This document shows positions 1 through 8,935 of a stretch of DNA of 64,000 nt, piece by piece; position 1 is the stretch's first letter, and each line of letters begins with the position of its first letter. The DNA is from a candidate division WOR-3 bacterium. GTDB taxonomy: Bacteria; Hydrothermota; Tepidihabitantia; B3-TA06. The translations under genes and the position numbers were made by a program. The stretch is from NCBI GenBank assembly GCA_965649265.1, contig CBFGKC010000002.1, positions 107,100-171,099 on the forward strand, written 5' to 3'. Below the pieces are notes generated by a model. That model did no database searches. It was not told the origin of the DNA and saw nothing but the letters and a program-made list of their open reading frames with translations.

Positions 1-152
1 GGCGCTGGGCGCAAGCTTCACTTCCGCCATCCACATCTATTTTCTAAGGTGGAGCGCCGGGGGCGCTGGGCAGAACCCTTCGGCTTCTGCCGTATCGTTA
101 TTACCAATCAACGGTGAGCGCCGGAGGCGCATGGGCAGAATAGGATTCTGCC
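1..152. repeat. Degenerate direct-repeat array (~62-bp period) of hairpin-forming units; runs off the window edge
   Basis: Core GGCGC(A)TGGGC at 1, 62 and 126. Units 2 and 3 are preceded by GAGCGCCGG and contain GGCAGAA..TTCTGCC stems; ~20-nt AT-rich unique linkers separate the units. Confidence 0.6.
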
Positions 153-230
153 GAGGAAGGTACTGAAGAAAGCTGCACCATCTAATGCCCCCTGACTAAT
201 AACCGGTTTTCAGAGTCCAGAAAACGTTTC

Positions 231-277
231 TGAGGAGGGCGAGGGCTGAGGAGGGCTGAGGGGGGCTGAGGGGGGCT
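231..277. repeat. (TGAGGRGGGC)n tandem repeat abutting the ALDH stop codon
   Basis: 4-5 copies of a 10-bp unit read directly; the same family occurs at 17629 and 34983. Confidence 0.85.
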
Positions 278-1655
278 AGGATATGTCGAAGAGATAGAGC
301 TTCTCCTCGGTCATCTCGCGCACGGCGAAGGAGGGCCCCTCCCTGCCGAGACCTGAGTCCTTCATTCCGCCGTAAGGCATGAGGTCCGCGCGGAAAGTCG
401 GCAGCTCGTTAATGAGCACCCCGCCCGCATCGATGGAGTCGGCGGCGCGGAAGGCTTTCTTGATGTCGTTCGTGAAACAAGCCGCCTGCAGGCCGTAATC
501 GGTGGCGTTCACGCGCGCGATTGCATCCTCGAGATCGTCCACGGGGTTGACGACCACCAGCGGTGCAAACGCCTCTTCCCTTATCAATTTCTGATCCTCC
601 GAGACATTTACGAGAATCCAGGGCCCCAGGACATTGCCTTCGCGTTGACCTTCGAGGATGACCTGCGCTCCCGATTTTCTTGCCTCGGCAATCCACGAGA
701 GGGCGCGGTCTACTTCTTTGGATTCGATCATGGGACCGAGGTCAGTGTCCTCGTTCATCGGGTCGCCTGTCTTGATTTTTGAGACCTCGGAGAGAAGAGT
801 ATCGAGGAACTCTTTATAGATTTTTTTCTCGACGTAGACCCTCTGCGTGGAGATGCACACCTGACCGGCAAGCGTGTAGCCTCCTGTCTTGATCTTCTTC
901 GCGGCTTTTTTGACGTCGGCGTCCGAAAGAAGTATGACGGCGGAGTTGGAACCCAGTTCGAACGCGAGCTTCTTGATACCTGCGGATTTCGAGATCTCGT
1001 GGCCGACCGCCCTGGAGCCGGTGAACGTGATCATTCTCGGGATGGACGAGGCCGTGAGGGTCTTACCGACGGAGGAACCTGGTCCGATGACAACCTGCAG
1101 CGCCCCTGGAGGGATTCCTGATTCGATGAGCGTCTCGGCAAGCTTTATTCCGGAGAAGGGCGTCGCGGACGCGGGCTTGAAGATAACCGGGCACCCGGCT
1201 GCAATGGCCGGCCCGAGCTTGTGGGCGGCCAGGTTCAGGGGAAAGTTGAAAGGCGTAATCGCCGCTACCACCCCGCACGGCACGCGGCGGAAGAACCCGC
1301 GCTTCCGGGGATGCCCTGCGGCGGAGAAGGGAACCTCCCGGCCTGCGAGCGTCAAGGCCTCGGCTGCGGAGAGTCTGAGGGTACTTACGCATCGCGAGAC
1401 CTCAGTCCTCGCTTCCCTTACGGTCTTGCCGACTTCAAGGACGAGGGTGCGCGCGAAATCCTCGGACTGGCCCGAGATCGTCTCTGCCGCCCTCGTGAGG
1501 ATTCCGGCCCTTTGCTCCTGGCTCATCTCCCGCATCGAGGGGAAGGAGTCGCGGGCCTGCTCGAGTTTACGCGCGGCGGAGGATTCAGTATCCTCCTCTA
1601 TTTCACCGACGAGGGACGAGTCGTAGGGATTCGTAACCTTCAACTTTCGAGTCAA
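276..1655 (-). CDS. NAD(P)-dependent aldehyde dehydrogenase
   Basis: Motifs ITPFNFP, FTGS, ELGSN, GQVCIS (catalytic Cys), EAFAP and PYGGMKDSG. GGAGG precedes a TTG start; promoter TTGACA-17-TATAAT at 1680-1708. Confidence 0.95.
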   Translation of the reverse strand: MTRKLKVTNPYDSSLVGEIEEDTESSAARKLEQARDSFPSMREMSQEQRAGILTRAAETISGQSEDFARTLVLEVGKTVREARTEVSRCVSTLRLSAAEALTLAGREVPFSAAGHPRKRGFFRRVPCGVVAAITPFNFPLNLAAHKLGPAIAAGCPVIFKPASATPFSGIKLAETLIESGIPPGALQVVIGPGSSVGKTLTASSIPRMITFTGSRAVGHEISKSAGIKKLAFELGSNSAVILLSDADVKKAAKKIKTGGYTLAGQVCISTQRVYVEKKIYKEFLDTLLSEVSKIKTGDPMNEDTDLGPMIESKEVDRALSWIAEARKSGAQVILEGQREGNVLGPWILVNVSEDQKLIREEAFAPLVVVNPVDDLEDAIARVNATDYGLQAACFTNDIKKAFRAADSIDAGGVLINELPTFRADLMPYGGMKDSGLGREGPSFAVREMTEEKLYLFDIS

Positions 1656-1773
1656 GATTCCTCCTTGAGTATCGCTTCGATTATAGCTTCCTCACCACCT
1701 CGTGTCAATTGCCGTTGCATGGGACGGATGGAAAAAGTATAATAGTTTCCGAATCAACAACGAAAGGATTGAA

Positions 1774-2103
1774 ATGGTAACCATTGGACTGCTTCTCGTC
1801 TCCAACATTTTTATGACTCTAGCGTGGTACGGACACCTGAAGTTCAAAAGCGCGCCGCTGTGGATAGCCATACTCGCGAGCTGGGGCATAGCGTTCGTCG
1901 AGTACTGCTTCCAGGTTCCCGCCAACCGCATCGGCCACGGCCAGTTCACGGCCGCGCAGTTAAAGACTATCCAGGAGGTCATCACGCTCGTGGTGTTCTC
2001 GGTGTTCTCCGTGGTCTACCTCAAGGAGGAACTGAAATGGAACTACTTAGTCGGGTTTCTGATGATCGCGGGCGCGGTATTCTTCGTGTTCAAGAAGTGG
2101 TAA
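1774..2103 (+). CDS. DMT-family small membrane protein (DUF486/DMT_6)
   Basis: SNIFMTLAWYGHLK, EYCFQVPANRIG and QLKTIQEVITL signatures; start moved to ATG 1774. Confidence 0.9.
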   Translation: MVTIGLLLVSNIFMTLAWYGHLKFKSAPLWIAILASWGIAFVEYCFQVPANRIGHGQFTAAQLKTIQEVITLVVFSVFSVVYLKEELKWNYLVGFLMIAGAVFFVFKKW

Positions 2104-2169
2104 CTCTTTTGCAGGGAGACGGGTTGCCGCCGATTGACAACCGCCTCCCGGTGTCCTAGAATTCTTGCG

Positions 2170-2586
2170 ATGGAGCACTCGATGCAGGAACTTAAAACCA
2201 GCGACCCGCAATTCTTCGAAAAGGCTATTCCCTATTACAAGGACAAGGAGCCTTTCGTTATAGTGGACGATGCTGGGTGGGGACTGACTAAACTGGACGT
2301 TGCATCTGCCATAGCCCTTATCGCGGCCGCGCGCGCGAAGGGGGGGACCCCCATAAAAAGGATAGTGACCGTTCTCGGAAGTATGGGTGTTGCCGGCATG
2401 GGACTCGTGTTGATCCTGATAGCGGTGTTTGACCCTGAGCCGACGAGCAAGCTTGCCGTTCTCCTTGTGGGCGGGACCATACTCGTGGTGGGAGGGGGGC
2501 TGACCATCCTCTGGGCGCTTGGCGCGCCCTGGAAGGTGAAGATTTCCAAGGACTCCTTCGAGATCCACCCCGGCGAAAAGAACTGA
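2170..2586 (+). CDS. Hypothetical membrane protein (2 TM helices, DPEPTSKL loop), probably leaderless
   Basis: Hydrophobic hairpin; TTGACA(2134)-17-TAGAAT ends 7 nt before ATG 2170. Confidence 0.7.
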   Translation: MEHSMQELKTSDPQFFEKAIPYYKDKEPFVIVDDAGWGLTKLDVASAIALIAAARAKGGTPIKRIVTVLGSMGVAGMGLVLILIAVFDPEPTSKLAVLLVGGTILVVGGGLTILWALGAPWKVKISKDSFEIHPGEKN

Positions 2587-2709
2587 TCCCCATGTAGTCT
2601 TCCTTTGATGCGTGGAGAGAACCAAACACGCATATCTCTTTGAATTAGTGATTCTCAAGTATAAACACTCCGTTGCAGTCACCAGGACAAATTCCGATAC
2701 TGGCAGAAC

Positions 2710-2865
2710 GGGGTCCCCAAAAGAACGGCCTCCGTTCTTTTAAGGGTAAAAAAGAATGCCCTGTATTCGTTTGGGGCTTAAATGGGGTCCCCGGAAGAAT
2801 GGCTTACATTCTTCTGGGGTTAAAGGGCGGGGTCCCAAAAAGAACGGCCTTCGTTCTTTTGGGGA
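2710..2865 (+). repeat. Cluster of REP-like GGGGTCCC-hairpin-GGGG palindromes (3 good copies, 1 degenerate)
   Basis: For example GGGGTCCCCAAAAGAACGG-cct-CCGTTCTTTT and GGGGTCCCCGGAAGAATG-gctta-CATTCTTCTGGGG. Confidence 0.8.
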
Positions 2866-2943
2866 AATTTTTAAGGGGCCTGCGCTTGCGCGCGGGCCCC
2901 TAGGGAGGAGGTTAAAATGAGACTTGGTGTCTCTAGGAATCTC

Positions 2944-3366
2944 TTATTTCTTCCCGTGCTTCTCTATTTCAGTCTTGAGCCACGCTGCCGCCGAATCGCC
3001 GTGCATGAGCGCCTCGATTTGCGAAGGGTCAGCCGGTTTCATCGTGTAAATCCAGCCCTTGCCGTAGGGATCGGTGTTGATGAGCGTGGGGTCGTCCTCA
3101 AGCTCGGAGTTGACCTCGGCGACCGAACCGGATATCGGTGCGTAGATCTTACCCATCCACTTGCCGGTCTCGAACGAGCCGATGACCTGATCGGCCTCTG
3201 CGTCGGAGTCGGTCTCGGGAAGCTCGATGAACGAGAGCTCACCCGCGAGCTTCTGGCTGAAATCGTTAATGCCGACACGCACGATATCGCCTTCCTTCTT
3301 TACCCACATGTGTTCCTTGTGGTAGTAAAGCTCGTCAGGAAGGTTGTAGCCTTCGACATTTGCCAT
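2944..3366 (-). CDS. gcvH: Lipoyl-carrier protein, GcvH/LbpA family
   Basis: ELYYHKEHMWV, VGINDF, lipoyl-Lys motif ETGKWMG and LINTDPYGKGW; no gcvT/gcvP nearby. Confidence 0.9.
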   Translation of the reverse strand: MANVEGYNLPDELYYHKEHMWVKKEGDIVRVGINDFSQKLAGELSFIELPETDSDAEADQVIGSFETGKWMGKIYAPISGSVAEVNSELEDDPTLINTDPYGKGWIYTMKPADPSQIEALMHGDSAAAWLKTEIEKHGKK

Positions 3367-3375
3367 CTTTCCTCC

Positions 3376-3669
3376 TTAGGTGATGATTCGTTTGAATTCC
3401 GCGACAAGCTCGGCGAGCTTGTCGTAATCAATTGTTTTTTCCTGCGCCGCATCGAGCCCGCGGGCCTCAAGGTCTTCTTTGAGATAATATACTCGGACGC
3501 CCGACTTCTCGAGGTCGGAAATCTTTGCCGCGAGCGGCTGGGGACCTCGAACGGCGAGCACCCCGTCCTGAATGAAGCAAAGGCCGTCACCGGACGCTGC
3601 AAGCTTTAATACGAGTTCCCACGAACCGCGCTCGAAGGGCGAACGTGTAACGAGATAGAGTGTACCCAT
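3376..3669 (-). CDS. dsrH: Sulfur relay protein DsrH/TusB
   Basis: SPF, FIQDGV, YYLKEDLEARG and IDY motifs; third gene of the DsrEFH triplet. Confidence 0.9.
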   Translation of the reverse strand: MGTLYLVTRSPFERGSWELVLKLAASGDGLCFIQDGVLAVRGPQPLAAKISDLEKSGVRVYYLKEDLEARGLDAAQEKTIDYDKLAELVAEFKRIIT

Positions 3670-3677
3670 AAAACCGC

Positions 3678-4034
3678 CTAAGTAAAGCTTATGACGTGAT
3701 CGACCGAGGCGATAAGGGACGCGAGCGCCCGGTCGTCAAGGGTTTCAGCCGCGATGCAGTTTTCTGGAGTGATGGAGCGAGCGTCCAGGGAGGGGGTGTG
3801 CAGGTAGAGCTTTGCGCCGAAATCGGCGAGTTGGGAATACGCTTCTGACAACTTGTGCATACCGAGAGCCTCGGGGTTCTGATTTTTCAGGGCGACGAGC
3901 ACGCCGTCATCTGCAAGCACGGCATGGGTCTCTACACCCATTCCGGCGAGCCCGATGATTGCGCGAAATCCCTCGCCTGCAGTGGCCATGCCGTAGGGCG
4001 AGGTGCGGATAAGAACTATCACTTTCTTGGCCAT
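3678..4034 (-). CDS. dsrF: Sulfur relay protein DsrF/TusC-like
   Basis: RTSPYG, EGFR, DDGV and SLDARS motifs; lies between dsrE and dsrH. Confidence 0.85.
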   Translation of the reverse strand: MAKKVIVLIRTSPYGMATAGEGFRAIIGLAGMGVETHAVLADDGVLVALKNQNPEALGMHKLSEAYSQLADFGAKLYLHTPSLDARSITPENCIAAETLDDRALASLIASVDHVISFT

Positions 4035-4035
4035 G

Positions 4036-4386
4036 CTAGAACCCGAAAGCGAGGAAGCGGTCGCACTCCCCGATGTAGTTTACTAAAACGGCCATGCCGC
4101 CGAGCTTTGCGCCCTCGACTATATCGTCCTTCTTGAGGCCACGGAAAGAAGCGCATGTTCCGCATCCCTTCACGTCCGCGCCGAGCGTTGCAAGCTCGGT
4201 CATCATCTCGGCAAGGTTGCGTTCTTGCGGCGATTTTATGTTCTTGTTGAGTGCTATGAGCCCGTCCTCATAGAGGAACAGCTTGACGCCGTTGCCCTTT
4301 GAGAGGAGCTTTTTGGCGAGGTGGTACACCGTGTCTATGTTCTGTGATGTATAGGGACCGGTGCGCAGGAGAAATCCTACAGTCAT
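4036..4386 (-). CDS. dsrE: Sulfur relay protein DsrE/TusD-like
   Basis: TGPY, FLYEDG and CGTCASFRG (active-site Cys region, here CxxC). Confidence 0.88.
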   Translation of the reverse strand: MTVGFLLRTGPYTSQNIDTVYHLAKKLLSKGNGVKLFLYEDGLIALNKNIKSPQERNLAEMMTELATLGADVKGCGTCASFRGLKKDDIVEGAKLGGMAVLVNYIGECDRFLAFGF

Positions 4387-4392
4387 AGGGTT

Positions 4393-4806
4393 CTAGCCGA
4401 TGAAGAGGCTTACCGACGCCTCGGCTGCCATCTTGAGGAACTGGGCCGCGCCGACCACCTTGATGCCGTCAAGAAGGTCCTCTTTCTTGAAACCGAAGAG
4501 CTGGAGCGTGGTGTTGCAGGCGTAGAGATTGACGCCCGAATCCTGGGCCATCTTGAGGAGCTCAGGCCAGGTGGCGATGCCTAATTTCTTCATTTTGGAG
4601 TTCATCATGCCGGTGCCGACGCTCATGGCGCCGCGGAGTTTGGGTGAAAAACCCTTCTTGAGGGCGTTGAGTCCCCAGAAGGTAAAAAACATGTGCGCCT
4701 CCATGCCCGATGCCGCAGCCGTCGTTGCCAGCATCATGGCCGCCATCGTTTTTTCGAGTACCTGCTCGCTAACCACCATTGCCAGGGAATTCTTCTTTTC
4801 AAGCAT
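4393..4806 (-). CDS. DsrE2/DrsE_2-family sulfur carrier (peroxiredoxin-like)
   Basis: MFFTFWGL, LYACNTT, GFKKEDL, VGAAQFL and SLFI motifs. Confidence 0.88.
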   Translation of the reverse strand: MLEKKNSLAMVVSEQVLEKTMAAMMLATTAAASGMEAHMFFTFWGLNALKKGFSPKLRGAMSVGTGMMNSKMKKLGIATWPELLKMAQDSGVNLYACNTTLQLFGFKKEDLLDGIKVVGAAQFLKMAAEASVSLFIG

Positions 4807-4926
4807 TTTTGCTCCTTTGGAGGATTAAAAGTCCTCCTTTTTTAACGAAGCCACGCCGCCCGGTTTCTCTGTAACCCTTTGTTTCGGGTGTAACGGGCGT
4901 TACGGGACCCGGGGGTGTGTTACGGG

Positions 4927-5160
4927 TTACGCCTTGCGGCGGATGTAAAACTTGAGGGTCGAACCCTCTTCTTCCATGCCCAGAAACTCGTTTCCCGTCT
5001 GCTCGCACCAGGCCGGAACGTCCTCGCGGGCACCCTCGTCGTCGGCGAGCAACTCGAGAACCTGTCCTACCTGGACTTCCTTTATCTTCTGGGCCGTCTT
5101 AAGGATAGGCATGGGACAAAGAAGCCCACGCGCGTCAAATGATAAGTCTTTTTCCATCAT
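4927..5160 (-). CDS. tusA: Sulfurtransferase TusA/SirA
   Basis: DARGLLCPMP (CPxP) and EDVPAWC; AAGGAG precedes ATG 5160/5157. Confidence 0.93.
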   Translation of the reverse strand: MMEKDLSFDARGLLCPMPILKTAQKIKEVQVGQVLELLADDEGAREDVPAWCEQTGNEFLGMEEEGSTLKFYIRRKA

Positions 5161-5178
5161 CTTCTCCTTAAATATCAC

Positions 5179-5535
5179 TTAAACCGGTTCTTTGAGAGGG
5201 AGGTACTCGTCGAGCGCCTCGACGAGATAACCTATGTACTCGAAGACCGGTCCACCACCCATCGCCAGAGCCACGTTCGCGGCATCAAGAATCTCTTCTC
5301 GCGTACATCCGACGCTTACGCATATCTGTGTGTGGAGCCTTATGCACGGCCTGCAGTGCTGGACGAGAACGATTGCAAGCTGCATGAGTTCCTTGTACTT
5401 TGTGGGAATGGCGCTTTCTTCCTTGGTTTTGCGCCAGAACTGCATGAAGGCGCCGGCGGCCTCTCCCCCCTCCCTGCGAAAACGCGCCTGCGCTTTTGAT
5501 ATTGCCTTCTGTTCGGATTCGTTATTAGAGTTCAT
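5179..5535 (-). CDS. Carboxymuconolactone decarboxylase/AhpD-like protein
   Basis: KYKEL, CRPCIRLH (CxxC), TREEI and MGGGP motifs. Confidence 0.88.
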   Translation of the reverse strand: MNSNNESEQKAISKAQARFRREGGEAAGAFMQFWRKTKEESAIPTKYKELMQLAIVLVQHCRPCIRLHTQICVSVGCTREEILDAANVALAMGGGPVFEYIGYLVEALDEYLPLKEPV

Positions 5536-5659
5536 TTACAACTCTCGTGAATTAGTGGAATATCGACTAAAACAGATACTTTTTTCCCCTTTGCAGGAAC
5601 CCCGAAAAGAAAACGGGGTCTCCGAGGGGATACTTTGTATTCCCTTGGGGTATAAGAGG

Positions 5660-5812
5660 TTACGATTGCTGCTCCTCTTCCGCTTTGGCGCGTAGGATTG
5701 AACGCAGGTTATCGAGAGCGGATAAAAGCTCTTCATCAAAAATATCGGACGCAATCTTGGAGGCGTCGTACAGCTTGCCGTCCACCTGAAAGCTCATCAT
5801 CTCCGGTATCAT
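5660..5812 (-). CDS. Small acidic hypothetical protein (~50 aa)
   Basis: Lies within the operon; AAGGGG upstream of ATG 5812; helical acidic sequence. Confidence 0.5.
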   Translation of the reverse strand: MIPEMMSFQVDGKLYDASKIASDIFDEELLSALDNLRSILRAKAEEEQQS

Positions 5813-5879
5813 CTGTGCGCCCCTTATCCCGTTGCTTACCAGGAATATGGCATGTCCGAGAGGGATCTCCTCGTCGAAC

Positions 5880-6785
5880 TCAGCCTGCGGCAGGTTTTTC
5901 ACTTGTAACTCCGATCCTTGCAAGGATCTCTTTTGGTTTAATGCGGTTTATGGAAAACCCCAGCTCGTCGGGCGTGTAGCCGAGCGCGAGTCCCAAAAGC
6001 TGAGGGTAGTAGATAGCGGGCAGGTTGAACTCCTGCTCCATCTCTTTTTCGATTTTTTTCTGGTTCTGCTCATACATCACGTTGCAGAAAGGGCATATGA
6101 GTGCCATCGCCTCGGAACCGGTAGATTTGATGCTTGCGAGCTTGCGGCCAGCCATCGCGTATGCTATATCGACGCGAATTCCGAGTATTCCTCCTCCGCA
6201 GCAAAGCTCGCGCTCGGAGTAAGGAATACTTTTTGCACCCGTCGCGTTAATTAAATCATCGTAGACGTGCGGGTTCTCGGGGTCATCGAAATTCTCGAAA
6301 GCCTCCGAAGGCTTGAAGAAATGGCATCCGGGATGGGCGGCAATGGCAGTGGACTCGAGGTCGACCTTTATTTCACTCTTGATGCGGTCAATACCCACAT
6401 CCTCGTAAAGCACGCGAGCAAAATGACGTACGTTGACGGTTCCCTTGTATTCCAACCCCTCGGCCTTGAGAATTTTGTTGACTTCCGCGAGCTTTTCAGG
6501 CGAGTGCTTGAGCTGGTGATTGGCCTCGACTTGTGTGCCCGTGCAGGCGGTACAGAGGGTGGTCATATCAAGACCTTCTTTCTCCGCGAGCGCGAGATTG
6601 CGTGCGGCCATAACGAGTGCGGACTGCTGGCTGACGGACTTTATGGGAAATCCGCAGCAGGTAAAAGAGGGAATATCGACCAGCTCGATGCCGAAGTGTT
6701 TGGCAACGACTCGCGCGGAAATCTCGTAGTTCTGGGCACGTACAGGTACGGTACAGCCGAGATAGAGCGCCAGTTTTTTAGCCAT
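5880..6785 (-). CDS. hdrB: Heterodisulfide reductase subunit B
   Basis: Two intact CCG domains: YLGC..TCCG..CTAC and HPGC..LCCG..CPFC. Start MAKK at 6785 overlaps the hdrC stop. Confidence 0.95.
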   Translation of the reverse strand: MAKKLALYLGCTVPVRAQNYEISARVVAKHFGIELVDIPSFTCCGFPIKSVSQQSALVMAARNLALAEKEGLDMTTLCTACTGTQVEANHQLKHSPEKLAEVNKILKAEGLEYKGTVNVRHFARVLYEDVGIDRIKSEIKVDLESTAIAAHPGCHFFKPSEAFENFDDPENPHVYDDLINATGAKSIPYSERELCCGGGILGIRVDIAYAMAGRKLASIKSTGSEAMALICPFCNVMYEQNQKKIEKEMEQEFNLPAIYYPQLLGLALGYTPDELGFSINRIKPKEILARIGVTSEKPAAG

Positions 6786-7386
6786 TTGCACCCTCCTTCT
6801 CCTTTTTCCCATCGCTCGAGTATTCGTGGAGCCCAGTTGCCTGAAAGATTGCCTTGATTGGCTCGGGCGATTCTGTAAGTTCCGGAAGTCCAGCCTTTAC
6901 ACGTTTTTTGTTGGTGAAATCGTCGGCCTCGTAAAGCCTTCCGTGTCCCTGAATCAGGTCTATCTGGGCGGTGAACGCGGGATGAATGTAGCCGTTCTTT
7001 ACGGCGAGATTTTTTAAAGCGTTCATCATCTCCGTGATGCGGACGTCCTGCGGGCAGCGCTCGTGGCAGGAATAGCAGGTTGAGCAAAGCCATACAAACT
7101 CGGACTTGAGCACCTGCTCTTTCATGCCCAGGAGCGCCATGTGTATTATTCTGCGCGGGTTAAAGCTGTCGTCAGTTGCGCGAACAGGGCACGAGGCCGT
7201 GCAGGTTCCGCACGCAAAACAGCGGGTAATGAACTCGCCCGAGGGCTCGGCTAAAATCTCGTACTTGAAATTCGGATCAAGCTCTTCAAAACGCACGACC
7301 TTAGGTTCTTCGGACTTTGTGACCTCGTCAATCGCTTGCTCGGTTTGATTGGATTGTTCCGAATTGTCTTTTACTTCTTCTTCCAA
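6778..7386 (-). CDS. hdrC: Heterodisulfide reductase subunit C
   Basis: CFACGTCTASCP and WLCSTCYSCHERCP; GGAGG then TTG start at 7386. Confidence 0.93.
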   Translation of the reverse strand: MEEEVKDNSEQSNQTEQAIDEVTKSEEPKVVRFEELDPNFKYEILAEPSGEFITRCFACGTCTASCPVRATDDSFNPRRIIHMALLGMKEQVLKSEFVWLCSTCYSCHERCPQDVRITEMMNALKNLAVKNGYIHPAFTAQIDLIQGHGRLYEADDFTNKKRVKAGLPELTESPEPIKAIFQATGLHEYSSDGKKEKEGANG

Positions 7387-7477
7387 AATTCCTCCAGCAC
7401 GGCAATACGCTTGCGACAATTGCCGCAATTACACCGCATACGCAACCAGGATCTAACCGACAAAGACCTTTTTCTCA

Positions 7478-8356
7478 TCAAAACTCCTGTGGCAGTCCCT
7501 CGAGCTCGGCGAGCGCGAATACTGGACCGTCCTTGCAAACGTAGTAGGGACCAATATTACAGCGGCCGCACTTGCCTATACCGCATTTCATCCGCCGCTC
7601 GAGCGAGGTGTAAATCCGGTCATTGCCGAAGCCGAGTTTCGTGACCACAGGCAGGGTGTAACGGATCATGGCTGGCGGCCCGCACATAATAAGCAGCGCG
7701 TTATCGGGACTTGGAGCAATCTTTTCCGTAACGGTCGGTACAAATCCAACGAGGCCTTCCCAGCCGTTCGCTTCGGTATCGACAGTAAGATAAATTGAAA
7801 AATCGTCGCGTTTTCCACATTCCTCGAGTTCGGATTTGTATAAAAGCATACCGGGCGTGCGCGCGCCGTAGATTACGGTAACATCCTTGAAATCGGACCG
7901 GTGCCCGTCTATAAGGTACCTTATTACTGATCTTAGGGTCGTAAACGCGAAGCCGCCGGAAACGATTACAAGATTGGAACCCTTGAAATTTTCTAAAGGA
8001 TACCAGTTTCCGAGTGGCCCCCGCATGCCTATCGGGTCGCCCACTTCGAGCTGATGCATCGTATTAGTTACCAACCCTGCGCGATTTACAGTGAAGCGCA
8101 CATAGTCTTGCTCGGTCGGCGAGGAGGCGATGCCGAAGGGCGATTCGCCTTTGCCGAGTACCGACACCTCGCAAAACTGGCCGGGCAGGAAGCTGAAAGC
8201 CTCCTTATCCTCCTTATTGACGAACTCAAGGTCAAACGTCTTGAGCATTCCGTCTTCGGACTCTACGCGTATGTCGCGTATTTTCATAGGCATAGGAAGA
8301 TAGGGGTTTTCTCCCTTATAGTATAACTTCTCGCCCAGGGCACTAGATTTCTCCAT
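7478..8356 (-). CDS. FAD/NAD(P)-binding 2Fe-2S oxidoreductase (FlxA/AsrB/hydrogenase-gamma type)
   Basis: FLPGQF, RGPLGN, YGART, CGPPAM and SLERRMKCGIGKCGRC..VCKDGPVF. Confidence 0.92.
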   Translation of the reverse strand: MEKSSALGEKLYYKGENPYLPMPMKIRDIRVESEDGMLKTFDLEFVNKEDKEAFSFLPGQFCEVSVLGKGESPFGIASSPTEQDYVRFTVNRAGLVTNTMHQLEVGDPIGMRGPLGNWYPLENFKGSNLVIVSGGFAFTTLRSVIRYLIDGHRSDFKDVTVIYGARTPGMLLYKSELEECGKRDDFSIYLTVDTEANGWEGLVGFVPTVTEKIAPSPDNALLIMCGPPAMIRYTLPVVTKLGFGNDRIYTSLERRMKCGIGKCGRCNIGPYYVCKDGPVFALAELEGLPQEF

Positions 8357-8364
8357 TAGCCGAT

Positions 8365-8392
8365 ATTATAGGAAGATATACGTCAATGTCAA
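8365..8392 (-). promoter_or_regulatory. Sigma70-type promoter of the flxA-hdr-sulfur relay operon (near-leaderless)
   Basis: TTGACA-16-TATAAT ending 8 nt before ATG 8356; no SD. Confidence 0.8.
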
Positions 8393-8652
8393 TCTGTAAA
8401 CCCCAGAAGAATACTCAGCATTTTTTCGGAAATCCCGTGAAGTCCGGTTTAACCCGACGCGTCAAAAATGTGGATAACTAAGTGGGACAAAAGTGGGACA
8501 AAAAATTGGCAAAAAACAGGGGTAAATCGCATGTAAATTGCACATGTTAGTCAGTTAGAGGTCGAAAACCTGAACGGACGATTTTTGGGCAAAAAGGGGG
8601 GATTTTAACCCGATTTCGAGGATTCGGGCGATTGCCCCCTTCGTTCGCCCTT

Positions 8653-8843
8653 GAGATTCTCACGGACGCTGCGCGTCCTCAGAATGACAGCCTTAAAACA
8701 AACATGTCACCCTGAGGACTGACAACCGCAGGTTGGAAGGACGTGAGGGTCTCATTAGTTTGAGAGTTTTCCTTTTTTCCCGGGGATTGCTCCGTAAGCG
8801 TCGCCCTTCGGACTTTCGCTCGCTTTAGCGGCCTCAGAATGAC
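8653..8843. repeat. Palindromic repeat family GATT(C/G)C..hairpin..CTCAGAATGAC (2 copies plus inverted TGTCACCCTGAG)
   Basis: Copies at 8653-8689 and 8784-8843, inverted end at 8705-8718; related copy at 22976-23012. Confidence 0.65.
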
Positions 8844-8865
8844 GTTGTAAGTGTTAGGGGAGAGA

Positions 8866-8931
8866 TTATACGTCAAGCGTCTTCTGCTTGTCCTTGTCTT
8901 TGTTGATCTTTTCCGCCTTCTTGAAGCTCAT
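8866..8931 (-). pseudogene. Orphan second copy of the methyltransferase C-terminal tail
   Basis: Translates as MSFKKAEKINKDKDKQKTLDV*, paralogous to ITFKKAEKIVSDKKKQTNLDV* at 9142-9207. Confidence 0.8.
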
Positions 8932-8935
8932 CCAT

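Noticed and set aside
1-152. CRISPR array
   Set aside because: The repeats are degenerate, the linkers are only ~20 nt, and there are no cas genes in the window; kept as a repeat finding only.
2917-3609. 230-aa + strand ORF
   Set aside because: Antisense shadow of gcvH/dsrH with no recognisable motifs.
3376-4386. DsrEFH as evidence of reverse-Dsr sulfur oxidation or tRNA thiolation
   Set aside because: No dsrAB, dsrC/tusE or mnmA in the window; this cannot be claimed from this sequence alone.
5813-5882. Selenocysteine read-through of the hdrB TGA stop
   Set aside because: HdrB is already full length with all Cys motifs, and no redox motif surrounds the TGA.
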